Source of the DNA: an uncultured Gemmatimonadota bacterium
Lineage (GTDB): Bacteria > Blakebacterota > Blakebacteria > Blakebacterales > Blakebacteraceae
Reading direction: 5' to 3'
Length of the DNA: 20,000 nt
Assembly (NCBI GenBank): GCA_964576115.1
Contig: CAZNUA010000006.1
Location: forward strand, 106,492-126,491
Positions 8,971 to 18,271 of this stretch are shown in pieces. Within the stretch, counting starts at the first letter, position 1. Each line of letters opens with the position of its first letter. Under the pieces are notes generated by a model. It saw nothing but the letters and a program-made list of their open reading frames with translations. It was not told the DNA's origin and did not search any database. Made by a program: the position numbers and the translations under genes.

Positions 8971-10200
8971 TTACTCGTAGCGCAGAGCCTCGACCGGATC
9001 GAGACGGGCCGCCTTGGCCGCCGGATAGATACCGAAGCCGACTCCTATGCCTCCGCAGATGACCAGGGCCAGGATCAGCATTCCGAGCGGCACGGACGAA
9101 GGCAGTGGCGTTACCGCCCCCACGACGACACCGATCAGCACGCCCAGAGCTGCGCCGATTATCCCGCCGATACCGCTCAGGGCAACCGCTTCGGTCAGGA
9201 ACTGAAAAACGATATCGCCTCGCCGGGCGCCGACCGCCATGCGGATACCGATTTCGCGGGTTCGTTCGGTAACCGAGACGAGCATGATATTCATGATCCC
9301 GATTCCCCCCACCAGCAGGCTGATACTGGCGATCCCTACCATCACCAGGCTGATTCCCAGAATCAGGGAACCCATCATGTCGCGGATCGAATCCGACGTC
9401 ATGATTTCGAAGTCGTTCGGCCGGCCCGGCAGGACACCGCGTTCGCGGCGCAGGACCGATACCGTTTCATCGATCGCCTGGGGCTGGCGTCCTTCGCGGG
9501 CCTTGATGGTGAAAGCCAGCTCGCTCCGCCGCCCCCAGTATTTACGGAAGGTCGTGACCGGAATGAGCACCATGTTGTCCTGGCTGAAACCGAGAAACTC
9601 GCCCTGCTTCTCCAGCGTGCCGATGACCAGGAAACGGTGCCCGTCGATGCGGATTTCCCGTCCCAGGGGATCGATCCGGGTAAAAAACTGCTCGACCAGA
9701 TCCTGCCCCAGGATCACGACATTGCGGCGCTGCTGCACGTCGATCCGACTCAGGTAGCGGCCGGTTTCGAGATCGAGACCCTGCAATCGGGGCAGGTATT
9801 CATCCCCCCCCTGCAGCAGCACGTTGGGATTGGTTTTCTCCCCCCGGTAACGCAGTTCGGCTCCGAAACGGGTGGAATATGCCGAGATCACCTCCACCGA
9901 CGGCGCATCGCGCTCTATCGCAGCCTGCAGATCCAGGGTGAGGTCCTCCCAGTCGGGTACATTCGAGTGACCGCCGATCTGCACCTCGACGCTGGGACGG
10001 GCCTGGACGTGGAAGGTCTCGGTTCCCAGATCGCTCAGCTCGGCGGTTACATACCGGTCAAGCCCTTCGATCATGCTGCTCATTCCCACCACCGCCAGAA
10101 CCCCGATAATGATCCCGAGACTGGTCAGCAGAGTTCGCAGCGGGCTGGCCAGCAGCGAGGTGAAGGCGATCCGTCCCGTTTCCCTGATCTCGACCGGCAT
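8971..10200 (-). CDS. MacB/FtsX-family ABC transporter permease (409 aa)
   Basis: [17 protein letters not shown]1, large periplasmic domain, [27 protein letters not shown], and C-terminal [18 protein letters not shown]. Start set at ATG 10200, just after the preceding stop. Confidence 0.95.
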   Translation of the reverse strand: MPVEIRETGRIAFTSLLASPLRTLLTSLGIIIGVLAVVGMSSMIEGLDRYVTAELSDLGTETFHVQARPSVEVQIGGHSNVPDWEDLTLDLQAAIERDAPSVEVISAYSTRFGAELRYRGEKTNPNVLLQGGDEYLPRLQGLDLETGRYLSRIDVQQRRNVVILGQDLVEQFFTRIDPLGREIRIDGHRFLVIGTLEKQGEFLGFSQDNMVLIPVTTFRKYWGRRSELAFTIKAREGRQPQAIDETVSVLRRERGVLPGRPNDFEIMTSDSIRDMMGSLILGISLVMVGIASISLLVGGIGIMNIMLVSVTERTREIGIRMAVGARRGDIVFQFLTEAVALSGIGGIIGAALGVLIGVVVGAVTPLPSSVPLGMLILALVICGGIGVGFGIYPAAKAARLDPVEALRYE

Positions 10201-10210
10201 CGTTCCCCCC

Positions 10211-11446
10211 CTACTCGTACCGCAGGGCCTCGATCGGATCGAGGCCGGCCGCTTTGGCCGCCGGGTAGATGCCGAAAAAGAGACCCACCGAGGCACTGAA
10301 GGCCAATCCCAGCACCACTGCCCAGATCGGGGCCGCAGCAGGCAGCGAGCTGAGGTGGGAGACGGCGAAAGCGGTAAAGAGACCCAGTCCCATTCCGATG
10401 ACACCGCCCACCCCGCTGACCACCACGCTCTCGACCATGAACTGGTACATGATATCCCGCCGCCGGGCGCCGACGCTCTTGCGGATGCCGATCTCCCGGG
10501 TTCGTTCGGTGACCGAAACGAGCATGATGTTCATGATGCCGATCCCGCCCACCAGCAGGCTGAGACTGGCCACTCCAATCAGGACCGCGAACAGAGCTGC
10601 AGTCAGACTGCGGAACAGGTCGACCAGCATCTCCTGGCGGTTGATCGCAAAGTCGTTTTCCTCATCGGGCGCCAGAGACCGAACGCGTCGCATGACACCG
10701 GTGATCTCGTCTTCCACCAGGGGAATCGCCTCGGCCGAGGGGGCCAGTATCTCGATTCCCATCGAGCGTCGCGATCCGAAGAGTTTGAGAACGGTCGGCA
10801 TCGGCACCACACAGCGGGTATCCCGGTCCATCCCCATGAAACTTCCCTCTTCGGGCAGGACTCCGATCACGGTGAACGCGTGCCGCCCCACCCGGACGCG
10901 CTTGCCGAGCGGATCGCGCTCGTTGAAGAGATCCTGCCAGACCCCGTAGCCCAGAACGATGACCTGCTTGCGGTCGCGGGCTTCGATCTCGGTGAAGAAG
11001 CGGCCGCGGGTCGGATCGAGTCCGTGCACCAGCCTCCCCTCGGGGGTCAGACCCTGGATCTCGACACCCGTGGCCGTGCGCTCGGACCATTTCACGGTCG
11101 TGGTGGCACCGGCCGAGATTGTAGACGCGGCGGGTAGTTCGAGCCCGGCGACGAGTTCCTCCGCCTGCCGCAGGGTGATGTTCTTGCGGTTCCGGTACCG
11201 CCAGAAATCCCCCATGCTGACCCAGGAAAACTTGTTCACGTACAGCACGTTGGTTCCCAGCGAGGCGACTTCGCGTTCGAAGGTGCGGGTGAGCCCCTGA
11301 ATGAGACTCATGATGGCGATCACGGCGGTGACCCCGACCACGATACCAAGGGTGGTCAGTACGGTCCGCAGCGGGCTTGCGCGCAGGGCCCGCAGGGCGA
11401 CCAGAACACCCTCATGCAGCTCTATGAAGATTCGGGATGCTCTCAC
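10211..11446 (-). CDS. MacB/FtsX-family ABC transporter permease (411 aa), tandem paralog
   Basis: Same architecture and motifs ([34 protein letters not shown]). GTG start with purine-rich RBS GAGAGGG. Confidence 0.95.
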   Translation of the reverse strand: MRASRIFIELHEGVLVALRALRASPLRTVLTTLGIVVGVTAVIAIMSLIQGLTRTFEREVASLGTNVLYVNKFSWVSMGDFWRYRNRKNITLRQAEELVAGLELPAASTISAGATTTVKWSERTATGVEIQGLTPEGRLVHGLDPTRGRFFTEIEARDRKQVIVLGYGVWQDLFNERDPLGKRVRVGRHAFTVIGVLPEEGSFMGMDRDTRCVVPMPTVLKLFGSRRSMGIEILAPSAEAIPLVEDEITGVMRRVRSLAPDEENDFAINRQEMLVDLFRSLTAALFAVLIGVASLSLLVGGIGIMNIMLVSVTERTREIGIRKSVGARRRDIMYQFMVESVVVSGVGGVIGMGLGLFTAFAVSHLSSLPAAAPIWAVVLGLAFSASVGLFFGIYPAAKAAGLDPIEALRYE

Positions 11447-11521
11447 GCGATCCCTCTCAACCTCACCGTCGTCTCTCGACCGGCAGGGTTGCCCGGCAAC
11501 CGGTCTCGAGCAGAGATGCGA

Positions 11522-12262
<741 letters not shown>

Positions 12263-12302
12263 GTTCTTCCCCGTCTTCCTCGAACGGTGTGCGGGAGCGC
12301 TT

Positions 12303-13580
12303 TTACGGGCGTCCGACACCTGCGTCCTGTACGTCCTCCACCAGTGATTCTGTAACCTTTACCCTCTCGCCGTCATTCAACGTACGGCTTAAAAGCCGGA
12401 AGGGTCCGGTGACGACCTCTTCTCCTTCCTCGATCCCATCGAGGATCTCGATCGAAGTCGTGCCCGAAATCCCCGTCACGACCCGGCGCAACTCGGCGGT
12501 CTGGTCTTGAGTCACGACGAAGACGACCTCCACCCATTCCTCTTCTTCCCCGCTTTCACGCCGGGCCTGCGGCACTGCCTCTTCCTGTCTGTCAGACACC
12601 GCCAGATCCTCGGACCGTCTGGCGGTCAACGCCTGCATCGGAATATAAAGCGTATTCGGCCGCGTCTCGGTGATGATGTCCACGGCCGCCGACATACCCC
12701 GCCGCAGCCGGACATCGATTTCGAGCAACTCGACCGTCACGGCGAAATTGGTCACCTCCATCTGCGTGCCCGCTCCGATCGTGGTGCCGGCATTGGCGAT
12801 TTCGGTTACCCGCCCGGCGAGCAGCGTGTCGGGCAGGGCATCGACTTCGACTTCGGCCCGCTGGCCGATACTGACCGCGACCACATCGGTCTCATCGACG
12901 TCCACCTGTACTTCCATACGGGAGAGATCCGAAATCGCCATGAGCTGGGTTCCCATCGTCATCTGGGTTCCCAGCACCATCTCCCCCTCCTCGACCGCCA
13001 GGGCCGTGACCGTCCCGGCCATCGGCGCCCGAATGGTCGTCCGGTTCAGATCCTCGAGAGCCTGTTCGAGCGAAGCCTCGGCACTGCCCACCTGGGCCAG
13101 GGCGGCTTCATAGCGAGCCTGCGAAGCGGTGAATGCGTTCTCGGCATCGCGCAAGTCCTGGGCCGCACCGACTTCGCGTTGTGCCATCGCCCGGGCGATG
13201 TCGAGAGCGTCTTCGGTCTGCCGCATGGTTGCTTGTGAGGCCTGGGCGTTGGCCCGCTGCGTGTTCAGAGCCGCCCGGGCTCCTTCGACCCGGGCTTCAT
13301 ACAGAGTCCGGTCGAGTTCGATCAGGACCTGGTTGCGTTCGACCCGATCGCCCTCTTCGACCAGGATCCGTTCGATCCGGGCGCTGACCAGACTGGAGAT
13401 CTTCACTTCGGTCACGGGAAAGATCCGTCCCGACGCCGAAACCCGGCTGATGACCGTTCCCCGGGCGACGGTGTCGACGGTGACTTCCACACCTCCCGCA
13501 CCCCCGCCGATCAGGTTCCCGACGATTATCAGTACCACCAGGATCACAACGATCGTGATGATGATTGTCTTCTTCTTCAC
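12303..13580 (-). CDS. Periplasmic adaptor / membrane fusion protein (MacA/HlyD family)
   Basis: MKKK plus hydrophobic anchor, lipoyl-like halves ([17 protein letters not shown]...VEEGE) flanking an alanine-rich helical hairpin, VDETDV, and C-terminal [13 protein letters not shown]. Confidence 0.95.
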   Translation of the reverse strand: MKKKTIIITIVVILVVLIIVGNLIGGGAGGVEVTVDTVARGTVISRVSASGRIFPVTEVKISSLVSARIERILVEEGDRVERNQVLIELDRTLYEARVEGARAALNTQRANAQASQATMRQTEDALDIARAMAQREVGAAQDLRDAENAFTASQARYEAALAQVGSAEASLEQALEDLNRTTIRAPMAGTVTALAVEEGEMVLGTQMTMGTQLMAISDLSRMEVQVDVDETDVVAVSIGQRAEVEVDALPDTLLAGRVTEIANAGTTIGAGTQMEVTNFAVTVELLEIDVRLRRGMSAAVDIITETRPNTLYIPMQALTARRSEDLAVSDRQEEAVPQARRESGEEEEWVEVVFVVTQDQTAELRRVVTGISGTTSIEILDGIEEGEEVVTGPFRLLSRTLNDGERVKVTESLVEDVQDAGVGRP

Positions 13581-13610
13581 GTTTTCGTCCGTTCTCAGGT
13601 TTCAGGCGGA

Positions 13611-14963
13611 TCAGCGCTCGAGCCGCCCCATAGCGAAATCGAGCGCCGCCCGGGCGATCTTCAGCGAAAAGAGCGCCTGCACGCTCCCGTAACTGGCATT
13701 GATCAGGTCGAGCTGGCTGGCGTTGAGTTCGAGCAGGGTGCCGGCACCAAGATTGAGACGCTCTTCGGCCAGACGAACGGCCTCCCCGGCCAGCTCCACC
13801 GCCCGTTGCGCACTGGCCAGCACCTGCTCGGCTTCACGCAGATCGAGCACGGCTCGATGGACATCCCGGCTGACCTGCAGCTCAACCGCCTCCCGGTCGC
13901 GCCGGGCTCCCTGAAGATTGATTTCAGCCTGCTCGATTCCGTACCGGGTGCGCAGACCGTCGAATACCGGAAGGTAGAAACTGACCCCGACGCTCCAGGT
14001 GTAATCGCGGGTAAAGGCATCGGAGATATCGCGGTAGCTGGTACCCCGCCAGGAATAATTCCCCGAGGCGTTCATGGTCGGCCACCGCGAAGCCTTCGTG
14101 GCCTCGAGACCGGCCTGGGCCGAGGCCACCCCCAGAGCGGCCTGGTGCAGGCCGGGATGTGCCTGGCCAGCGAGGGTAAGGGCGTTGTCCAACCTCACCG
14201 CCTCGGGGGTATAGGCCAGATCGTCCACCACCTCGACCGGCCGGGTCGGCTCTCGCCCGATCAGATAGTTCAGTTCGGCCCGACCGGTCGCCACGCCGTT
14301 TTCGGCTGTAATCAGGCGCTGTTCGGCGGAGGCTACCGCGCTCTCCTGCCGCAGGACGTCCACGCGTGCAATCCGGCCGAGTTCGAACAGCGTCTGTACC
14401 TGGTCGAGTAACCCCTGATTATACTCCAGGTCGCTCCGGGCCACCTCGAGATTGCGTTCGGACCGCAGCAGTTCGTAATAGGCCTGATGAACCAGCAGGA
14501 CAACCTGCTGTCGTTCGAGCCGGGCAGCGGACAGAGCGTTCTCTTCGGCGGCTCGGGCCTGGGTATAGCGGGCTGTGACAGCCCGGTCGAACAGGCGCTG
14601 GGAGACACTCATACCGGAGTAATAGCTCATACTGGTCAGAGCTGTGGCGCTGCCTTCCACGATCTGATTAGTGGCCGGATTCAACGATCGTTGAGGCGAG
14701 ACGGTGGTGTAGCGCGAAAACGCCCCGGTCAGCGACACCGATGGCAGCAGGGCCGATCCGGCTTCCCGTCGCTGGATCACGCTGCCGGCATAGGTGCGCT
14801 CGGCTCGATCCACGGTCGGGTAGTACGCGAGCGCCTCTTCGATGCAGGCTTCGAGATTCATCGCCTGCTGGGCCAGCACTGCCGGTGCCGCCGCGGACGT
14901 CAGTACGGCAACCGCTCCGATCAGCGCCGTCAGGAGCCGGATCGTGGGAATGAATGCTCTCAT
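13611..14963 (-). CDS. TolC-family outer membrane efflux protein
   Basis: Signal peptide ending VLA-QQ and two OEP repeats (LLPSVSL...QRLFD; RWPTMNA...LPVFDG), with AYYELL and C-terminal LDFAMG. Directly upstream of the MFP and ABC genes. Confidence 0.93.
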   Translation of the reverse strand: MRAFIPTIRLLTALIGAVAVLTSAAAPAVLAQQAMNLEACIEEALAYYPTVDRAERTYAGSVIQRREAGSALLPSVSLTGAFSRYTTVSPQRSLNPATNQIVEGSATALTSMSYYSGMSVSQRLFDRAVTARYTQARAAEENALSAARLERQQVVLLVHQAYYELLRSERNLEVARSDLEYNQGLLDQVQTLFELGRIARVDVLRQESAVASAEQRLITAENGVATGRAELNYLIGREPTRPVEVVDDLAYTPEAVRLDNALTLAGQAHPGLHQAALGVASAQAGLEATKASRWPTMNASGNYSWRGTSYRDISDAFTRDYTWSVGVSFYLPVFDGLRTRYGIEQAEINLQGARRDREAVELQVSRDVHRAVLDLREAEQVLASAQRAVELAGEAVRLAEERLNLGAGTLLELNASQLDLINASYGSVQALFSLKIARAALDFAMGRLER

Positions 14964-15076
14964 ATCTTCCTTTCTCCCGTTTCTTTCTTTCTCCCCCTAC
15001 CCTCCGGCGCTCCCGAACGCGTTCGCGCGAGAGCCTGTTTCCGCTCGGTCACCCGTCGCCTCAGCACGGCATGAGA

Positions 15077-15665
15077 TCAGGAGGGCATGATATTCGCGAA
15101 GAGCGCTGCCAATCCGGCGCTCACCCCGATGGCGAGCAGATAGAAGGTCACCACCAGAGCCGCCACCTTGCCCCGTGCAAAGCGGTACGCGGCCGCCAGA
15201 CCGATGACGAGCAGAGCCAGCATCCAGAGGCTGAAGATGTCTGTTGCGCCCAGGATCACACCGAGNNNNNNNNNNNNNNNNNNNNNNNNNNNNNNNNNNN
15301 NNNNNNNNNNNNNNNNNNNNNNNNNNNNNNNNNNNNNNNNNNNNNNNNNNNNNNNNNNNNNNNNNGAGCCGCGGCATGAGCGAGTCTTCGGCGGAAAACC
15401 GATCGAGCATCTGCTCGGCCTGCTGGGCCGTGAGCCGGTCGCTCGACATGATCACATCTCGCCGCGCCTGCATCATGTACGGGTAGGTCACTGTGGCGGC
15501 ACCCACTCCTATCAGCAGGACGATGAGGGTAACACCGATCCAGCGCGGATGAGCGGCGATCGAGGCAAAGGCCCGGGTCGGTTCGGTCAGCACCAGCCAG
15601 ATGCGCTGGAACAGCCCGAGTGATTCAGGCGCTTCGAGAGAACTGGAGTCGGGTATTACATCCAT
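15077..15665 (-). CDS. Yip1-domain integral membrane protein (YknW-like), interrupted by an assembly gap
   Basis: N-part of 100 codons (GLFQRIWLVLTEPTRAFASIAAHPRW plus TM). C-part after the gap reads LGVILGATDIFSLWMLALLVIGLAAAYRFARGKVAALVV...PS*. The P..AF..I...P.W and D.FSLW...L..IGL patterns are typical of bacterial Yip1 proteins found near efflux operons. Confidence 0.8.
15266..15365. other. Scaffold gap (100 N placeholder, true length unknown)
   Basis: Exactly 100 consecutive Ns. Confidence 0.99.
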
Positions 15666-15716
15666 GGCAGCGGTCTGTCTCCGGGTTGGGGGCGGTACAC
15701 CCGCCCTGCATACACG

Positions 15717-15753
15717 AACGGGGTGCAGGGGAAAGATACCCCCGTACCCCGTT
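15717..15753 (-). terminator. Long GC-rich hairpin downstream of tonB (possible terminator or mRNA stabiliser)
   Basis: Arms AACGGGGTGCAGGGG (15717-15731) and CCCCCGTACCCCGTT (15739-15753) give 13 Watson-Crick pairs, 1 wobble and 1 mismatch around a 7-nt loop. There is no clear U-tract. Confidence 0.4.
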
Positions 15754-15797
15754 GCGAACTACTGCCGAGCTCGTCAGTCGGCCGTGGATTGAACCCC

Positions 15798-16466
15798 TTA
15801 CTCGGAGGGGGGCGGACGACGGTCGCTCAGGGTGAACTCCACCCGCTGCGCGATCTGCACCTTGATCGGTATGTCGCGCTGCTTGGCCGGTTTGAACTTC
15901 CACTTCATGACGGCTGCGATGGCCTGATCCTCGAAGATACCCGGCGGATCCGCCATGACCGTCTCGGCTGCGATCACGTCCCCCTGCTCGTCAACCACGA
16001 TCTTGACCAGCACAAATCCTTCCACGCCGGCCTTACGGGCAATCTCGGGGTATTCGGGCATGACCATCCGCGTCAACTCGGGAGCCTCCTCCCAGGCCAG
16101 GAAGATCGGCGACTCTTCCTTGACTTTGGTCGCTCCCGGCGGAGGCGGAGGTGGGGGCGGAGGAGCATCGAGGTCCAGCTCGGTATCCATGATCGTCACG
16201 TCTTCGGGGACATCTTCCGATTCGGTGGCGACAGGCATCTGGGGCCGCTGCGGAGGCGGCGGCCGACGAAGCTGTTCTGTTTCGGGAATGTCTTCGACCT
16301 CGACGTATTCGGTCGTCTGACCCCCCTCGTACGCCTTCACCTCGAAGGTCTGGTACGTGAGGAAGGTCATGACGATCAGTCCGATCGCCAGGGCGAAGCC
16401 CTGTTCCAGAACATTCTTCGATTTTTCCGCCAGATCGTATTTCGGGTTACGCCATCCGGTTGCCAT
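15798..16466 (-). CDS. tonB: Energy transducer TonB
   Basis: Single N-terminal TM after NPKYDL, Pro-rich linker with a poly-Pro run, and TonB_C domain PEYPEIARKAGVEGFV.V...VDEQG...WKFKPA. Confidence 0.93.
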   Translation of the reverse strand: MATGWRNPKYDLAEKSKNVLEQGFALAIGLIVMTFLTYQTFEVKAYEGGQTTEYVEVEDIPETEQLRRPPPPQRPQMPVATESEDVPEDVTIMDTELDLDAPPPPPPPPPGATKVKEESPIFLAWEEAPELTRMVMPEYPEIARKAGVEGFVLVKIVVDEQGDVIAAETVMADPPGIFEDQAIAAVMKWKFKPAKQRDIPIKVQIAQRVEFTLSDRRPPPSE

Positions 16467-16488
16467 GGCTCTTCACCTCCCGTGCACG

Positions 16489-16905
16489 TCAGCGGGCGTA
16501 AAGGGTAGCGAAATTCACCTTCAGGGCATCAGCCTGCCGGAGCTGTTTCATGGCCTCCGAGACTGTGCCGTACGGGGCATCGACATCGGCGATGATCGAG
16601 ACCACGATCTGCGGGTTCTCTACCCTCTTAGTGTAGACGATTCCGGCAATGGCATCAATCTCCCTGATGGTGTTGTCATCCACCATCATTTCCCCGCGCT
16701 GGCTGACCCACATGTGGGTAATGTCACGCCGGTTTTCGAGTCGTTCGGTGGTTTCGGCCCGCGGCTGTGAAATGCCGGAAATGCCGCGGTACTCGACGAA
16801 CACGGTCGTGACCATGAAGAAGATCAGCAGCAGGAAGACGATGTCTCCCATCGATCCGGTCGGGATCGCAACGTCGGCTTTCTGTTTCTTCTCAATCTTC
16901 GGCAT
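16489..16905 (-). CDS. exbD: Biopolymer transport protein ExbD/TolR family (second copy)
   Basis: IPTGSMGDIVFLLLIFFMVTT TM with the conserved Asp, and periplasmic IADVDAPYG motif. Confidence 0.92.
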   Translation of the reverse strand: MPKIEKKQKADVAIPTGSMGDIVFLLLIFFMVTTVFVEYRGISGISQPRAETTERLENRRDITHMWVSQRGEMMVDDNTIREIDAIAGIVYTKRVENPQIVVSIIADVDAPYGTVSEAMKQLRQADALKVNFATLYAR

Positions 16906-16911
16906 GCCTAC

Positions 16912-17310
16912 TCAATCCGGTTCCGCGAGTGAAATCTTTGGAGCCTTCGCCTGCTTGACCTGATCGAGCACCTGGATGAAGGTGTTGTAATCGGTCTCCC
17001 GGTCGGCCTTGAGCGATACGATCAGCAGGGGGTTTTCCAACACCCGCCGTTCCACTTCGGGCTGGACCTGACGCATCGAGACGATCTCGTCGGCGAGCAG
17101 AATCTCGCCCGCCGCATTCACCCAGATGTTCAACATGTTCTTTTTCCGGACCTGCAGCACGTCGCCCTCGGACCACGGCGGCAGGGTCAGGCCGATCCCC
17201 ATCTCCTGGTTGAAGGAGGTGGTGACCAGGAAGAAGATGATCAGGAGGAAGGCGATGTCCGCCATCGAGGCGGTCGGGATCTCCGGCTCGGCTCTTTTCT
17301 TCTTCGCCAT
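16912..17310 (-). CDS. exbD: Biopolymer transport protein ExbD/TolR family (first copy)
   Basis: IPTASMADIAFLLIIFFLVTT TM with the conserved Asp, and KADRETDY...VLDQVK.A. Confidence 0.92.
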   Translation of the reverse strand: MAKKKRAEPEIPTASMADIAFLLIIFFLVTTSFNQEMGIGLTLPPWSEGDVLQVRKKNMLNIWVNAAGEILLADEIVSMRQVQPEVERRVLENPLLIVSLKADRETDYNTFIQVLDQVKQAKAPKISLAEPD

Positions 17311-17322
17311 CAGCGCATCCCC

Positions 17323-17943
17323 CTAGGCGGTCTTCTCCATCTCCATCTCGATCAGATAGTCGATCAGGTCGTTGGCGCTCTCCTCCATGTCGATGACCAG
17401 ACGGTCGACCCGCGACACGAAGTAGTTGTGCGCCGCCTGGATCGGAATGGCGATGGCCAGACCGCTGGCGGTGGTGATCAGAGCTTCCGAGATACCGCTG
17501 GCTACGATCGTCGCGTTCACGTCGCCGACCTCGGCGATCGAAGCGAAGGCACCGATCATACCCGACACGGTTCCCAGGAATCCGAGCATGGGGGCGATGT
17601 TGGCGACCGTAGCCAACCATACCAGCCCCTTCTCGAGGAAGGACATTTCGATGGTGCCGGCGTTCTCGATGGCCTTCTCGACCTGCTCGAGACCGCGGTC
17701 CACCCGCATCAGGCCGGCGTGGAAGATCGAGGCCACCGGACCGCGTGTGTTGGCGCAGATCTCCTGCGCGGCGGTGATGCCCTCTTCACGCAGGGAGACC
17801 TTGATGCGCTGGAGGAACTTGCGGGTGTTGATGCTGGCTCGGGCCAGGGAAAACAAACGCTCAAAAATGACGGCCAGACCCACGACCAGGGTTGCGAGAA
17901 GCGGGTACATGGCCCACCCGCCGGCGATGAAAAGATCGAGCAT
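17323..17943 (-). CDS. exbB: MotA/TolQ/ExbB proton channel family protein (206 aa)
   Basis: GGWAMYPL TM1, APMLGFLGTVSGMI and GISEALITTASGL. Start moved to ATG 17943, which has RBS AGGAGGAG. Confidence 0.93.
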   Translation of the reverse strand: MLDLFIAGGWAMYPLLATLVVGLAVIFERLFSLARASINTRKFLQRIKVSLREEGITAAQEICANTRGPVASIFHAGLMRVDRGLEQVEKAIENAGTIEMSFLEKGLVWLATVANIAPMLGFLGTVSGMIGAFASIAEVGDVNATIVASGISEALITTASGLAIAIPIQAAHNYFVSRVDRLVIDMEESANDLIDYLIEMEMEKTA

Positions 17944-18049
17944 ATTGGTCACTCCTCCTGCAGGATGCTCCGCCTGTTGGCGTTTCCTCCGGATCCACAG
18001 GAGCCGGTCCGGAGGTGTGTGACGTGGAAGTTCGGTTGAAAGCAGACGC

Positions 18050-18078
18050 ATGGTATGCAGGGCGCAGGGGGGTGTCAA
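18050..18078 (-). promoter_or_regulatory. Sigma70-type promoter of the exbB-exbD-exbD-tonB operon
   Basis: Minus strand perfect TTGACA (18078-18073), 17 nt, then TACCAT (18055-18050), about 100 nt upstream of exbB. Confidence 0.75.
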
Positions 18079-18197
18079 TCGTCGATTGCCCCCCCTTCGG
18101 AACCCCCTGCATCGCACCCCCTCCAGAGCACCTGACAGACCCCGGCAGACATCCGTGACCGGCGTCAAACGCTACCCGGTCGATATCCACCAGGGGC

Positions 18198-18226
18198 TTG
18201 CTCCCCGCGTCCACTGCCCTTACCAT
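18198..18226 (+). promoter_or_regulatory. Sigma70-type promoter of the TPR gene (divergent)
   Basis: TTGCTC (18198-18203), 17 nt, then TACCAT (18221-18226). The -10 hexamer is the same as in the divergent promoter and lies 45 nt before the ATG. Confidence 0.6.
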
Positions 18227-18271
18227 CCAGCCTACCTCCGACAGCCAACCACTTCACAGGAGCTGACGTTC

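Noticed and set aside
9241..10570. Direct DNA repeats at 1240-nt offset, suggesting a mobile element or misassembly
   Set aside because: They are explained by conserved motifs of the two paralogous permeases. Differences are mostly at synonymous positions and the periplasmic domains are divergent.
15014..15025. CGAAC-GC-GTTCG palindrome upstream of tolC resembling a Gram-positive LexA (Cheo) box
   Set aside because: The spacer is 2 nt rather than the required 4, there is no adjacent promoter, and it is a single occurrence.
14997..15365. Apparent frameshift or pseudogene in the Yip1 gene
   Set aside because: The frame change coincides with a 100-N placeholder gap of unknown true length, and both flanks encode intact-looking Yip1 segments.
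16135..16265. GGA/GGC-rich low-complexity repeats
   Set aside because: They encode the normal poly-proline linker of TonB and are not a repeat array.
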